IMG/VR virus record: IMGVR_UViG_3300035698_013060 | Location: 1-64,000 of that record | Reading direction: 5' to 3' (one strand) | DNA: 64,000 nt | Part shown: one piece after another, positions 39,736 to 48,563 of the stretch | How the letters are laid out: each line of letters starts with the position of its first letter | How positions within the stretch are numbered: position 1 is the stretch's first letter | Translations under genes and position numbers: made by a program | The notes under the pieces: generated by a model | What the model saw: the letters and a program-made list of their open reading frames with translations, nothing else | What the model was told of the DNA's origin: nothing | Database searches by the model: none

Positions 39736-39944
39736 ATGTAGGAGATAAAGCGATATTCCCTCGCAGGAAAATTTCCTCTGGTGGGAAGACACTGTACGAC
39801 ACCAGATGGACGGTCTCTGAGATTCAGGATGACATATTCACTCTGACAAATCGAAGAGGTCGGACTATCAAGGTTAGAAAGACTGCAATTGGTTTCAGAG
39901 AGCCGACTCCAGCCGAACTGGTCAAGTACCGGAAGAGTTGGTAA
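39732..39944 (+). CDS. Small SH3/KOW-like hypothetical protein
   Basis: MNVGDK start with GGAGG RBS; terminator hairpin 39966-40002. Confidence 0.65.
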   Translation: MNVGDKAIFPRRKISSGGKTLYDTRWTVSEIQDDIFTLTNRRGRTIKVRKTAIGFREPTPAELVKYRKSW

Positions 39945-40029
39945 CAAGTTTGTGTTCGCAACACAGTCAGTCCCCCATCCCCTTAAAGGGATGGGGACTG
40001 ACATTCTGTCCGGACATGAAAGGAAGAAC

Positions 40030-40245
40030 ATGCCGATCTTGAAGAGCAGTTATTCGTGCGTGTCTTGTGGGAACACGATGTACGGTATGAGATGTGGGAT
40101 GAGAGACCCACGACTGCCAGGGATCAGCGTGGTAAAGTGTAATAAGTGTTCAGCAAAGACCTTCATTTGCTTGAGGACTGGAGACAGAATACCCAGACCT
40201 CAGATCATTTCTATGCTCGGATTAGAGCTTTGGGAATCGATCTAA
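40030..40245 (+). CDS. Small Zn-ribbon protein
   Basis: CVSC...CNKC; AAGGA RBS. Confidence 0.6.
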   Translation: MPILKSSYSCVSCGNTMYGMRCGMRDPRLPGISVVKCNKCSAKTFICLRTGDRIPRPQIISMLGLELWESI

Positions 40246-40254
40246 CACATGATT

Positions 40255-40320
40255 GGGCCGCTAGGGGTGGACCGATGATCCGGGGGTGATTCCCCGAGGA
40301 GGTCCACCCCAGGCCGCCAC
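40255..40320 (+). ncRNA. Kink-turn hairpin RNA/leader upstream of tmRNA
   Basis: GGGGTGGACC/GGTCCACCCC stem, 3-nt bulge, tandem GA/GA; begins at late promoter AACACATGATTG (40244-40255). Confidence 0.5.
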
Positions 40321-40328
40321 ACCTTTTC

Positions 40329-40780
40329 GGGGGCGAATATGGTCTCGACTGGGTAGACTAAGGTGATAGCTGCGTTCAGAGGATGGGTCGTTGGCCTCTG
40401 TAAAAACATCGACCTGCAAACACAACTGCCAAAACCACACCGGTTATGCAGTTCCCCGCTCCTCTTGCCCTCGCGGCATAAGGAACTAGTTGACGAGACA
40501 ATGCCCGGCCGAACTCGCCGCCCTAGAGGCACAGAGTTTCGTCACGTCAGCGAAAAGAACATAGGTATCGGGTAAAGAACCCACGGGTCGTGTAGCTAAC
40601 GTACACGTGGACGGTCCTTCGGGACCACTAGCTCGACTCACAATGTCGCTCTTCGGAGCGGTGGAGTGTCTTTCCATGCCTGTAATAAGGTGAGTCGTAT
40701 CGGCACAAACATAGACTATAACGTAGACGCTATTACTAAGTGTATCTAGGACCCGGGTTCGACTCCCGGCGCCTCCACCA
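40329..40780 (+). ncRNA. ssrA: tmRNA (452 nt)
   Basis: 5' GGGGGCG...TCGAC; 3' T-arm CCGGGTTCGACTCCCGG, then CGCCTCC-A-CCA with G3-U wobble; tag ORF 40428-40481 AKTTPVMQFPAPLALAA*. Confidence 0.96.
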
Positions 40781-40788
40781 TTCATCAA

Positions 40789-40814
40789 ATCCCCTATCCA
40801 TTTGGATAGGGGAT
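40789..40814 (+). terminator. Hairpin after tmRNA
   Basis: ATCCCCTATCCA/TGGATAGGGGAT; no U-tract. Confidence 0.6.
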
Positions 40815-40831
40815 CAATACTGAGGAAGAAA

Positions 40832-41194
40832 ATGACTGAACAAATTCTCACTCAAGAGGAAGTTCTGTATGCTCCGGGGACAATGGGAGAATGGATTAAG
40901 TCCCAGCTCATTTCAATGGGCATGTTCTCTCACCATGCTGATGCCATCATGAAGATGGTCGTCGAGGATCCCTCATACCAGAGTGTCATCCAGTGCTTGG
41001 ACAAGAGGAAGGATGGATATCCTGAAATACTTCCGAAAATTGTCCTTCGATCCTTCAGAGCGGCAACCTTGAAGTGGATCGACGCAAACATACCAGAACA
41101 TTTTGCTCGGCCAATGTTTTCGGGAGAGCTCGATGACATTAAGAACAATCCCCCTCAATGGCTAGTCGATCAGATGTCTAAAGAATCCTCTTAG
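40832..41194 (+). CDS. Hypothetical protein
   Basis: MTEQIL start with GAGG RBS; WIDANIPEHFARPMF pattern. Confidence 0.75.
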   Translation: MTEQILTQEEVLYAPGTMGEWIKSQLISMGMFSHHADAIMKMVVEDPSYQSVIQCLDKRKDGYPEILPKIVLRSFRAATLKWIDANIPEHFARPMFSGELDDIKNNPPQWLVDQMSKESS

Positions 41195-41231
41195 GATTTT
41201 CCGTTTAGACGATTCGGGAACTCCATATCAT

Positions 41232-41355
41232 TGAGGCAAATGATCCGATCCATCCCCGACGACGCGCTCGGTGACCGCTCCCACAGGCGGTCTACCGAGG
41301 ACCTTCACTCAGATCATGTCCCCAGGCGTTCCAGGACGCTTGGGGACTTGGTTTG
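41232..41355 (+). ncRNA. Small structured RNA candidate
   Basis: Closing stem 41240-41248/41309-41317, inner hairpin 41267-41299, terminator 41318-41347. Confidence 0.45.
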
Positions 41356-41382
41356 GCTTTGGTTCCATAACAGTATTCATGT

Positions 41383-41458
<76 letters not shown>

Positions 41459-41473
41459 CTTTTAGGAGAGACC

Positions 41474-41737
41474 ATGGAGCTTGGAAACGGAGATTTGGAT
41501 AGGATTTCATTACACTGTCATGCTGTAGCGGTTCACCATTTCGCAACATTCTACAATCCAAAGAACAGAGGCCCAAACTTTACATGAGAAAAGTTTCCTG
41601 AGATGTTGGCTGAGTTTTGTGAGACACAAGCATTCTGTATCTGTCGGAATGACAGAAAGAAGAAAGAGTACAGAGAGCATGGTCGAAGGACTGGTCTAGA
41701 GATAGGCCAGAGAATGTTGAAATGGATGACAGAGTAG
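41474..41737 (+). pseudogene. 87-codon gene with one in-frame TGA (41585-41587)
   Basis: AGGAG RBS + ATG; frame continues after the TGA (GPNFT*EKFPEMLAEF...) to TAG 41737. Confidence 0.55.
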
Positions 41738-41970
41738 ATATAAATCTTCAACTCAGGAGTTTAACCATGGTGAATCAGTGCTCTGATAGCACCGGAAATC
41801 ACATAGTCGTGAAGGGAAGCAGAGTCCGATGTCGTGGTAGAGATTATACGGTCAAGAATATCATTCCTGGAGGTGGTAGGCACGGGACCTGCGCTTTGGA
41901 GTTCGAAGAGGAATTCCATATTAAAGGAATTGAGGTCCCAGATGAGATCTCGATCGATTTGATCCATTGA
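41722..41970 (+). CDS. Small hypothetical protein
   Basis: CSDSTGNHIVVKGSRVRCRG SH3-like pattern; true start may be 41767 (AGGAG RBS). Confidence 0.65.
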   Translation: MDDRVDINLQLRSLTMVNQCSDSTGNHIVVKGSRVRCRGRDYTVKNIIPGGGRHGTCALEFEEEFHIKGIEVPDEISIDLIH

Positions 41971-41991
41971 ACAATCAATCAGACAAGAATC

Positions 41992-42047
41992 GGGGTTCAC
42001 GTTCGTCCCTCCCTCCTTCCCCCTCTTCCCCAGCGGACGTGAACCCC
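41992..42047 (+). ncRNA. Hairpin with 28-nt C-rich (anti-SD-like) loop, copy 1
   Basis: 14-bp stem; loop TCCCTCCCTCCTTCCCCCTCTTCCCCAG. Confidence 0.55.
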
Positions 42048-42063
42048 TTATTTTCGGAATGAA

Positions 42064-42094
42064 AAACCCCCAGGCCAATGAGGCCTGGGGGTTT
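42064..42094. terminator. Bidirectional terminator
   Basis: AAACCCCCAGGCC/GGCCTGGGGGTTT between convergent units. Confidence 0.75.
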
Positions 42095-42133
42095 CTCTTC
42101 GTCTTCTTCCACCGGAGCCGCCGGGGAGAAAGA

Positions 42134-42559
42134 TCAGGTCTTGTTAGCGCCTGCGCCCTTGGGCAGATCAGACGACTTCTTGTTACCCTCCGAACCGGAA
42201 AGGATTTCACGAGCGGCGGAAGTGGCCTTACTCCGGTACTTGGTCTCGATTTTCTTCCGGAAATTCTCAGCCATCGCCCGGTGCTTCTTCCACTGGACCC
42301 AGTTGGCATCCTTGTTGCGAGAAGCCATTTCCATGGCAGTCCTCTGCACCAACCGACCAATCTTTTGCTTCTTTGTGATCTTGACGCGCTTGATCTCCGT
42401 AGAGAAGCTAGCACGCTTCCGTTCGGTCAGGATCTGTTCGTCAGAGATCTCTTTGCCAGATTCATCCAAAAGGCCAAGGTCTTGTGCCTCCTCGACGATA
42501 ATGGCGATAAGGGCGTCTTCCTGAACTTGCTCTTCTGCTTCGTTTCCAAAAATGCTCAT
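42134..42559 (-). CDS. Putative internal head protein (acidic propeptide + basic domain), paralog B
   Basis: MSIF start, LDE/LTE sites, basic C-half similar to 42623-43099. Confidence 0.75.
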   Translation of the reverse strand: MSIFGNEAEEQVQEDALIAIIVEEAQDLGLLDESGKEISDEQILTERKRASFSTEIKRVKITKKQKIGRLVQRTAMEMASRNKDANWVQWKKHRAMAENFRKKIETKYRSKATSAAREILSGSEGNKKSSDLPKGAGANKT

Positions 42560-42622
42560 GGGGCCTTCCTCTCCTGTATTTCGGCTCCGGAATTATCCTC
42601 TACTCCCGGTGGGAGAGCGGTA

Positions 42623-43099
42623 TTACTTCTTCTCTGAGGCTGCTTTCTTCTTCTTCTTGCCGCCGCCAGAGATGGTCTGTTGAACCGTCTGACGCGCTTT
42701 GGATTTGTACTTCTTCTCAATCTGCTCACGGAGCTTGAGCTCCATCTTACGAGCTTTCTCGTAACGCTTGTACAGACCGCCGCCCTCAGCTTTGGCCAAC
42801 TTCATCGTGGCCTGTTGACGCATGAGCGACAACTTCTGTTTCCGCGTCTTCACGACAATCTTGCGACTCATCTTCGGCGCAGCTTCCGACAAGAGTTCGT
42901 CAAAGAAGCTCTTGTCTTCTTCGGTGAGACTCTCAGTACTGTCGTCGTCAATGAAGAGTACGGATTCGTTGATTTCGACCAGTGATTCACTGATCTCTTC
43001 AGCATCCATCTCGAGAGCGTCGAAGAGCTCGTCCATCTCATTCACGAGATCCTCGCTCAGCTGAACCTTTTCTTCCGGACCCGTGTTCAAGAACAACAT
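42623..43099 (-). CDS. Putative internal head protein, paralog A
   Basis: MLFL start, many (L/I)xE sites, basic C-half; late promoters at 43142-43153 and 43173-43184. Confidence 0.75.
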   Translation of the reverse strand: MLFLNTGPEEKVQLSEDLVNEMDELFDALEMDAEEISESLVEINESVLFIDDDSTESLTEEDKSFFDELLSEAAPKMSRKIVVKTRKQKLSLMRQQATMKLAKAEGGGLYKRYEKARKMELKLREQIEKKYKSKARQTVQQTISGGGKKKKKAASEKK

Positions 43100-43322
43100 A
43101 GTCTTTGTCTCCGCTTTGTTTTCATCCCTTTTAGTCACTGTCAATAGACAGTTACTTAACGATAGAGTCAGGTAATTAGATGTTCCAGACAACGCCCCCC
43201 TTGGACAGATATTAGATACGAGGTTTCGGGTTCAAGGACCCTCAGAACTACTAATTAGTTAAAACAAAAATCGTCCATTAAATCGTCAAATTTCAGAGGA
43301 TTGGGCGCAGGAGAAATTACAC

Positions 43323-45302
43323 ATGAAGACTGGAGCTTTTCTAGACGAATACTCGGCGGAAGCCACTGCCATGCTTGAGACAGCAGCCGGAAGAAAACTC
43401 ACTGAGAGTGAGATTAATACTCTAAGTAAAACAATCCAAGGGGTAGAAGACACACAGATTGAACTCTCTAACACATATACTGAAACAGAGAGGACTTGTT
43501 CCTTACTATCGGTCCTAGACCGACTTCGAGAAGTGAAACCAATCATCACCGGCAATGGAACCCTCTTTAATAGGGAAGGGGCTGGAGGACACAACGTCGC
43601 TGGTGGTTTTGTGAAGAGTCTTTTAGATACCAGGAAGGCTTGTAAGAAACGGATGTTCGAGGTTCAAGACAAGGCTAAAGGAAAAAAGGGAAATGACAAG
43701 AAGGTTTTGGACCAGCAGAAAGAAGTGTTGGACATGCGCCAGAAGGTCTTTAAAGTCTTAGTAAATGCTTACTACGGCTCGATAGGAATGCCCGCCTTCA
43801 TATTCTATGATCCGAATTCTGCTCCAGCTGTGACTGGAACTGGTATGAACGTAGTCACTAGTCTAGTACAGTCGTTCGAACAGTTCCTTGATGATAACTG
43901 GGCTTTCGAATGTTGGGGTGACGTCTTCGAGTTCGTACAAGCCTCTCTCGACAAAGATTCCTCTTATGAGATCGAATTGTCAACTGACATTAATGTCTCT
44001 GATATCCATGAGAGACTGACGAGAAAGCTTCCAGAAGGATTACATCCTTCAGAGGGTGAAGAGATCTTGTCTCAGATGTCTGCAAGACTTCAGACCCTTC
44101 TTGAATCCTTGGATGATGATCAACTCGCAAGGTTGTATTACAGGAACAATCTTTATGCGTTTCTGGTAGAGAGTGACGTCTCTGATCTCCTTGTAGAAAT
44201 TCTGGGATATGATATCCCATCCGGTAATCCTGGAGAAGTTGATGATCCAACGCTCAAGAAAAATTTAGATACTCTGTGGGCGGTGGTGAATGATTACGTA
44301 GTTCTACTAACGTTCCATCAGGACAGGATGGACTTCTGTGAGCACTCTGAGAAAAGGTCTGTCCTTGTAGTGGACACTGATTCGACATTCCTGTTGATGG
44401 ACACGTTCGTCAAGTGGGTAGTTGACACCTACGATATTGGAGAACTCGATCCTAACAGAAGAATCAGCCTATGTAACATAGTGGTTTTCATGATGGCTGG
44501 ATACTCTGATATTATCCTAGAGGACTATGCTCGTAGGACCAATATCGAAGCATCAGAACATCTGGATTTGAAGAATGAATTCATCTTCTCCAGAATCATG
44601 CTAACTCCTAACAAAAAGTCATATGCTGGAAGCATCATGTCTCGAGAAGGTAAACTACTTAGTCCTCCAAAATTCGAGATCACCGGTCTAAAGATCAAGA
44701 CAATTAATGTGAACAAGAAAACGAGGGAGTACTTCAAGCGCGTATTGAAGGATAAGATAGTTGAGTGTAAAGAGATCGATATCCAAGATCTCTTAGGGGA
44801 ATTTGTAGCTTATGAGGTTATGGTCGCTGAAAGCATCGAGAACGGCGAGCTAGTGTTCGCTCAACCGACGAAATACAGCGGCTTCAGCTTTTATAAGGAA
44901 CCATACAGACAGGCAGTTGTACGGGGAACAGTCGTGTGGAACGATATTTACCCAGAGACTCCAATCCAAGCACTTGACAACGTCAGAATGCTTAAGTGTG
45001 CTGGAATCTCCGAAGGGGATTTCGACGCTATTGTTACTAACTTGAAAAAAGAGGATGCAAAGATAGCCGCCAGGGTCCGTGACCTGGTATTTGAGAATGA
45101 AAAGACTGCTCACCACGGATTCAGCAGAGTTTGTTTACCAAGGTCTGTCAAGGAAATCCCATCCTGGGTCAAGCCGTTTGTGGACGTTGAAATGATCGTC
45201 CATGACAACGTGAGGAACGCGCTCATCCTCCTGGAATCTGTCGGCATTGTAGTGCTCGACGCCAGGAATCGTTCGCGGTACTCCAACATCGTCCGGTTTT
45301 GA
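43323..45302 (+). CDS. Split family-B DNA polymerase, C-terminal part (motifs B and C, thumb)
   Basis: LLDTRKACKK, QKVFKVLVNAYYG, VTGTG, VVDTDS, LKNEF, KKSYA, ITGL. Confidence 0.92.
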   Translation: MKTGAFLDEYSAEATAMLETAAGRKLTESEINTLSKTIQGVEDTQIELSNTYTETERTCSLLSVLDRLREVKPIITGNGTLFNREGAGGHNVAGGFVKSLLDTRKACKKRMFEVQDKAKGKKGNDKKVLDQQKEVLDMRQKVFKVLVNAYYGSIGMPAFIFYDPNSAPAVTGTGMNVVTSLVQSFEQFLDDNWAFECWGDVFEFVQASLDKDSSYEIELSTDINVSDIHERLTRKLPEGLHPSEGEEILSQMSARLQTLLESLDDDQLARLYYRNNLYAFLVESDVSDLLVEILGYDIPSGNPGEVDDPTLKKNLDTLWAVVNDYVVLLTFHQDRMDFCEHSEKRSVLVVDTDSTFLLMDTFVKWVVDTYDIGELDPNRRISLCNIVVFMMAGYSDIILEDYARRTNIEASEHLDLKNEFIFSRIMLTPNKKSYAGSIMSREGKLLSPPKFEITGLKIKTINVNKKTREYFKRVLKDKIVECKEIDIQDLLGEFVAYEVMVAESIENGELVFAQPTKYSGFSFYKEPYRQAVVRGTVVWNDIYPETPIQALDNVRMLKCAGISEGDFDAIVTNLKKEDAKIAARVRDLVFENEKTAHHGFSRVCLPRSVKEIPSWVKPFVDVEMIVHDNVRNALILLESVGIVVLDARNRSRYSNIVRF

Positions 45303-45329
45303 GCCGGAAGAACAAGAAAAACGAGGAGA

Positions 45330-46130
45330 ATGAAGATGGCGAGAAGAAGAGGAAGCGGAATGTTCACGAGATCGGCGCAGGTCTATAACTCCCAGGTTGG
45401 AGCCTTGGAGTTGGGATTTGCTGATTTCGTCGGGTACGTGAAAGTCACAAACGTCAATGAGGACTCGAAGGGCAAGAAAGCTCGGCGTGGTGCTCAGATG
45501 TACGATTATGACCACAGCGTGATGCTGACACTGAATCAAGAAGAACTGGCGATGCTCTCAGCGTCCGTTGAGGACCTGATTGCTGGTGGTCTCGACATGA
45601 TTGAGTTCAGCCACAAGAGCGGGAACAGTATCAAGTCCGTCAGTTTCGGCATCGGTCTGGATGGTGAATCCAAAGAGTTCCAAGTCTGTATGACCGAACT
45701 CGAAAGAGATGATCCTGATCCGGAGAATCCGATTGAGCAATCGTGGTATGAAGTTCCTGTCGAAACCCTCGGATCTGAGGGGAATGAACGGGAATATCGT
45801 CCGGCACTCGAAATCTTCAGATCCTGGATCAGGAGTGCTTTGGCTGTCAGCCTAATGGGCGTGGCCCATTCAACTAACTGCTCGCTTCCGGAGCGTGGAA
45901 GAAGTGGCAGGGGTCCCGGAGGTGGTGACCGCGAAGATGATCGTAGTGGTGGTGACCGTGGAGGAAACCGCGAAGATGATCGTGGTGGTGGTGACCGTGG
46001 AGGAAGTCGCACGGCCGACAGGTCTTCCAGGCCCCGCAGACCAGCACCGAGGCGAGATGAAGGTGATGGTGGAAATGACAATCGCGGTAACGACAACGAT
46101 GGACGTGGTAAAGACGACATTCCGTTCTAG
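45330..46130 (+). CDS. Putative single-stranded DNA-binding protein
   Basis: After the polymerase; G/R/D-rich disordered linker and C-terminal DDIPF. Confidence 0.7.
   Translation: MKMARRRGSGMFTRSAQVYNSQVGALELGFADFVGYVKVTNVNEDSKGKKARRGAQMYDYDHSVMLTLNQEELAMLSASVEDLIAGGLDMIEFSHKSGNSIKSVSFGIGLDGESKEFQVCMTELERDDPDPENPIEQSWYEVPVETLGSEGNEREYRPALEIFRSWIRSALAVSLMGVAHSTNCSLPERGRSGRGPGGGDREDDRSGGDRGGNREDDRGGGDRGGSRTADRSSRPRRPAPRRDEGDGGNDNRGNDNDGRGKDDIPF
45928..46005 (+). repeat. 39-bp tandem duplication in the SSB-like linker
   Basis: ACCGCGAAGATGATCGT[A/G]GTGGTGGTGACCGTGGAGGAA x2. Confidence 0.9.
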
Positions 46131-46152
46131 GACGGGATTGATCTAATGAATT

Positions 46153-46187
46153 AAGAGGACTGGACGGGAAGCCGTCCGGTCCTCTTT
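46153..46187 (+). terminator. Terminator after SSB-like gene
   Basis: AAGAGGACTGGACGG-GAAG-CCGTCCGGTCCTCTT. Confidence 0.7.
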
Positions 46188-46203
46188 CACTGGAGGAATA
46201 AAG

Positions 46204-46950
46204 ATGAAAAGATCTGAGCAGGCGCACCTAAGTGTAGGTTCGCCTACAATGCTCGAGTTCGAGAAAGACCCGAAGGTCCTGGAGAAGAAAGTAACAGAAT
46301 TCCTTCCTGGGATCGTGAAAGAGAGTCCCATAAAGCTCATGGTATGTGACTTGGACGAAGTCCTAGTCCGCATCTGTCCGAAATGGCTTGTAGAGGCTTT
46401 CAAAGTCGGGATGGTTGATGAAGAATTAGTCAACCCTCTGGCAGTAGATGCCAGAACGAAGTACAACATTAGCGAGTACATGGGGGTATCTCAAGAAGAG
46501 GCCCTCAGGGTCTATGACACCTTGGACTTCTACGATGACCTCGTTCCTACTAAGTTGGGAGCAGCTCTCTCGTTTGCCTCTTCTAAAGAGGTGATAAAAC
46601 TGGCCATTGTCTCACACAATACTCCGAGGAACCTGGAGAGTAAGAGGAGATTCTGTAAGAAATTCTGGCCCAGAGCTAGTAGGTTCTTTCTTCCGTTGGA
46701 CCAGCCTAAGTCCGATATCATCAATGAGAAAGGCCTTGGAGGATACTGCACATTCTGTGACGATAGCGTAGCCGTAATGTGTGACGTGGTAGCCAACACC
46801 GATCCAATAGGAAAAGAATTCCTTATGCCCCTATACGGATACAACGGGGAGGATTCCTTTCCAGACGTTCTCATCCAGGCTATGGCTGAATCAGGGGCGA
46901 CCCTTAGGTACTACTCTCCAAGTTCAGAGGGGCCATCCCCGGTAATCTAG
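46204..46950 (+). CDS. HAD-superfamily 5'(3')-deoxyribonucleotidase-like protein
   Basis: CDLDEVLV motif I, DFYDDL, IVS motif II, K, FCDDS motif IV, YGYN. Confidence 0.75.
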   Translation: MKRSEQAHLSVGSPTMLEFEKDPKVLEKKVTEFLPGIVKESPIKLMVCDLDEVLVRICPKWLVEAFKVGMVDEELVNPLAVDARTKYNISEYMGVSQEEALRVYDTLDFYDDLVPTKLGAALSFASSKEVIKLAIVSHNTPRNLESKRRFCKKFWPRASRFFLPLDQPKSDIINEKGLGGYCTFCDDSVAVMCDVVANTDPIGKEFLMPLYGYNGEDSFPDVLIQAMAESGATLRYYSPSSEGPSPVI

Positions 46951-47012
46951 GTCCGAACAGGATATTGACTACACCTCACTCAAATTCCAAGAGCCGGAGA
47001 GAGTCGAGACGC

Positions 47013-48563
47013 ATGAAGACGGACATATTCCAAATAGACACGTTCGTGGAGGTCAACAGCCTGAAGGCCGTTACCAACCCGATCTACCTCAATCCCGACA
47101 GGACACCCACGTCCAACGGGATCTTTTCGTTTGAGATCTTCGGTACTCCGGGGACTAGGGATAGGAAAGAAAGGTTCGGGTATATCGACCTCAATGCACA
47201 CGTCATACACCCGTTCCTGTACAAACATCTCGTTCAGATGGACCGGAAAATCCGGGCCGTGGCCGAAGGGATGAACTTGTTCAAGGTTGATAAGGCTGGA
47301 GATCTTGCCAAAGCAGAAGAAGGTGATAAGGATGCTGGTACAGGATTGGAGTGGCTATACTCTGTCTTTAAGACCATCAAGTGGAAGCCTTCCGGGACTA
47401 AGTCTCGTGATACGAAGATCTCAATGTTTCGCCAACTGAAGGTGGATGAGATCTTCGTGACCAAGTGGCCGATAATTCCATGTCACTACAGAGATCTGAA
47501 CTTTGCCAAATTAGATACCGGACGTATCGGTATTGGTGAAGTGAATGAGTTCTATGTTAGGGTCCTTGGAGCATCTGAAGCAGTCAAGAGGAACCCTCCT
47601 GGTCTTGGTTTGGTTGGTCACTCAGCGTCGTACAGGATGCAGACTGTCTTAGTTGAGCTCTATGATCATCTGATGTCCCGTATGACCTTTGGTAAGCGGG
47701 GCTACATTCGTCGGTTCCTTATGGGTAAGAACCTAGACTATACGGCTCGGGTAGTCATCACAACCAGTAAGATGTCCGAGGCTGATAGGTACACTGATAC
47801 TGAAGTGCCTCTTTCTCACATGGGCGTTCCTTTGCACATCTGCTGTGTTGCCTTTCAACCATTCGTGGTAAAGGCAGTACAGGAGATGCTTGGGTCCATC
47901 CTAGCTGGAAAGAGGCGTATCATCATGGGGCAGAAGTCTGTCGAGGGTATAGATCTTCTCTCCGAGAATATCTCGGATGATGGAGTCGAACAGATGATCT
48001 CCATGTTCGCCAGATCCCAGGAAGAGCGGTTCAGTCCGATCCTCTTGGAAGATGCTGAAGGGAACAAGACGGAACTCAAGTTGTTTGAACAGTTTCTGGG
48101 CCGTAGCTTTACGGTGTGCGATCTTCTTTTTCTTGCCTGCCGAGAGGCTATCAAAGGCAAGTACATGTACATCACTCGTTATCCAGTAACGTCACATCAG
48201 TCAACCAACGTTGTCAAACCAGTCATTGTCACTACCGAGAAAACTACTACGATCGACTTCACCCCAGGTGGAACTGCCGAAGGACGTAGATCTATTCTTG
48301 GAAAGATTGACAATTACCCGGATATCAATTACGGTCACCTGTGGCGTGAAGCTGCAGTGATGGACAATACTATGACTGGAATCACTGGCGCAGACTTCGA
48401 CGGAGATCAAATGAGTCTCGTCGGGATGTTCACCCAGGAAGCCAACGCTGAAGCTGAAAAGATCATGAAGAGTAAGATGAGTCTCGTGACGGCTGACGGA
48501 CGTCCGTCCAGAAACGTTAGTAATGAGGCTGTGCTTTCGTTGTACATGATGACAAAGGATTGA
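47013..48563 (+). CDS. RNA polymerase beta-prime N-terminal/catalytic fragment
   Basis: GIFSFEIFG, RFGYIDL, IIPCHYRD, GKRGYIRRFLMGKNLDYTARVVI, TRYP, catalytic GADFDGD; start moved to MKTDIF. Confidence 0.95.
   Translation: MKTDIFQIDTFVEVNSLKAVTNPIYLNPDRTPTSNGIFSFEIFGTPGTRDRKERFGYIDLNAHVIHPFLYKHLVQMDRKIRAVAEGMNLFKVDKAGDLAKAEEGDKDAGTGLEWLYSVFKTIKWKPSGTKSRDTKISMFRQLKVDEIFVTKWPIIPCHYRDLNFAKLDTGRIGIGEVNEFYVRVLGASEAVKRNPPGLGLVGHSASYRMQTVLVELYDHLMSRMTFGKRGYIRRFLMGKNLDYTARVVITTSKMSEADRYTDTEVPLSHMGVPLHICCVAFQPFVVKAVQEMLGSILAGKRRIIMGQKSVEGIDLLSENISDDGVEQMISMFARSQEERFSPILLEDAEGNKTELKLFEQFLGRSFTVCDLLFLACREAIKGKYMYITRYPVTSHQSTNVVKPVIVTTEKTTTIDFTPGGTAEGRRSILGKIDNYPDINYGHLWREAAVMDNTMTGITGADFDGDQMSLVGMFTQEANAEAEKIMKSKMSLVTADGRPSRNVSNEAVLSLYMMTKD

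Noticed and set aside
40242-40851. ORFs 40242-40532, 40363-40575, 40486-40851
   Set aside because: They overlap the tmRNA; only the tag peptide is credible
45928-46005. CRISPR-like repeat
   Set aside because: In-frame 39-bp coding duplication with no spacer; no array or cas gene anywhere in the window
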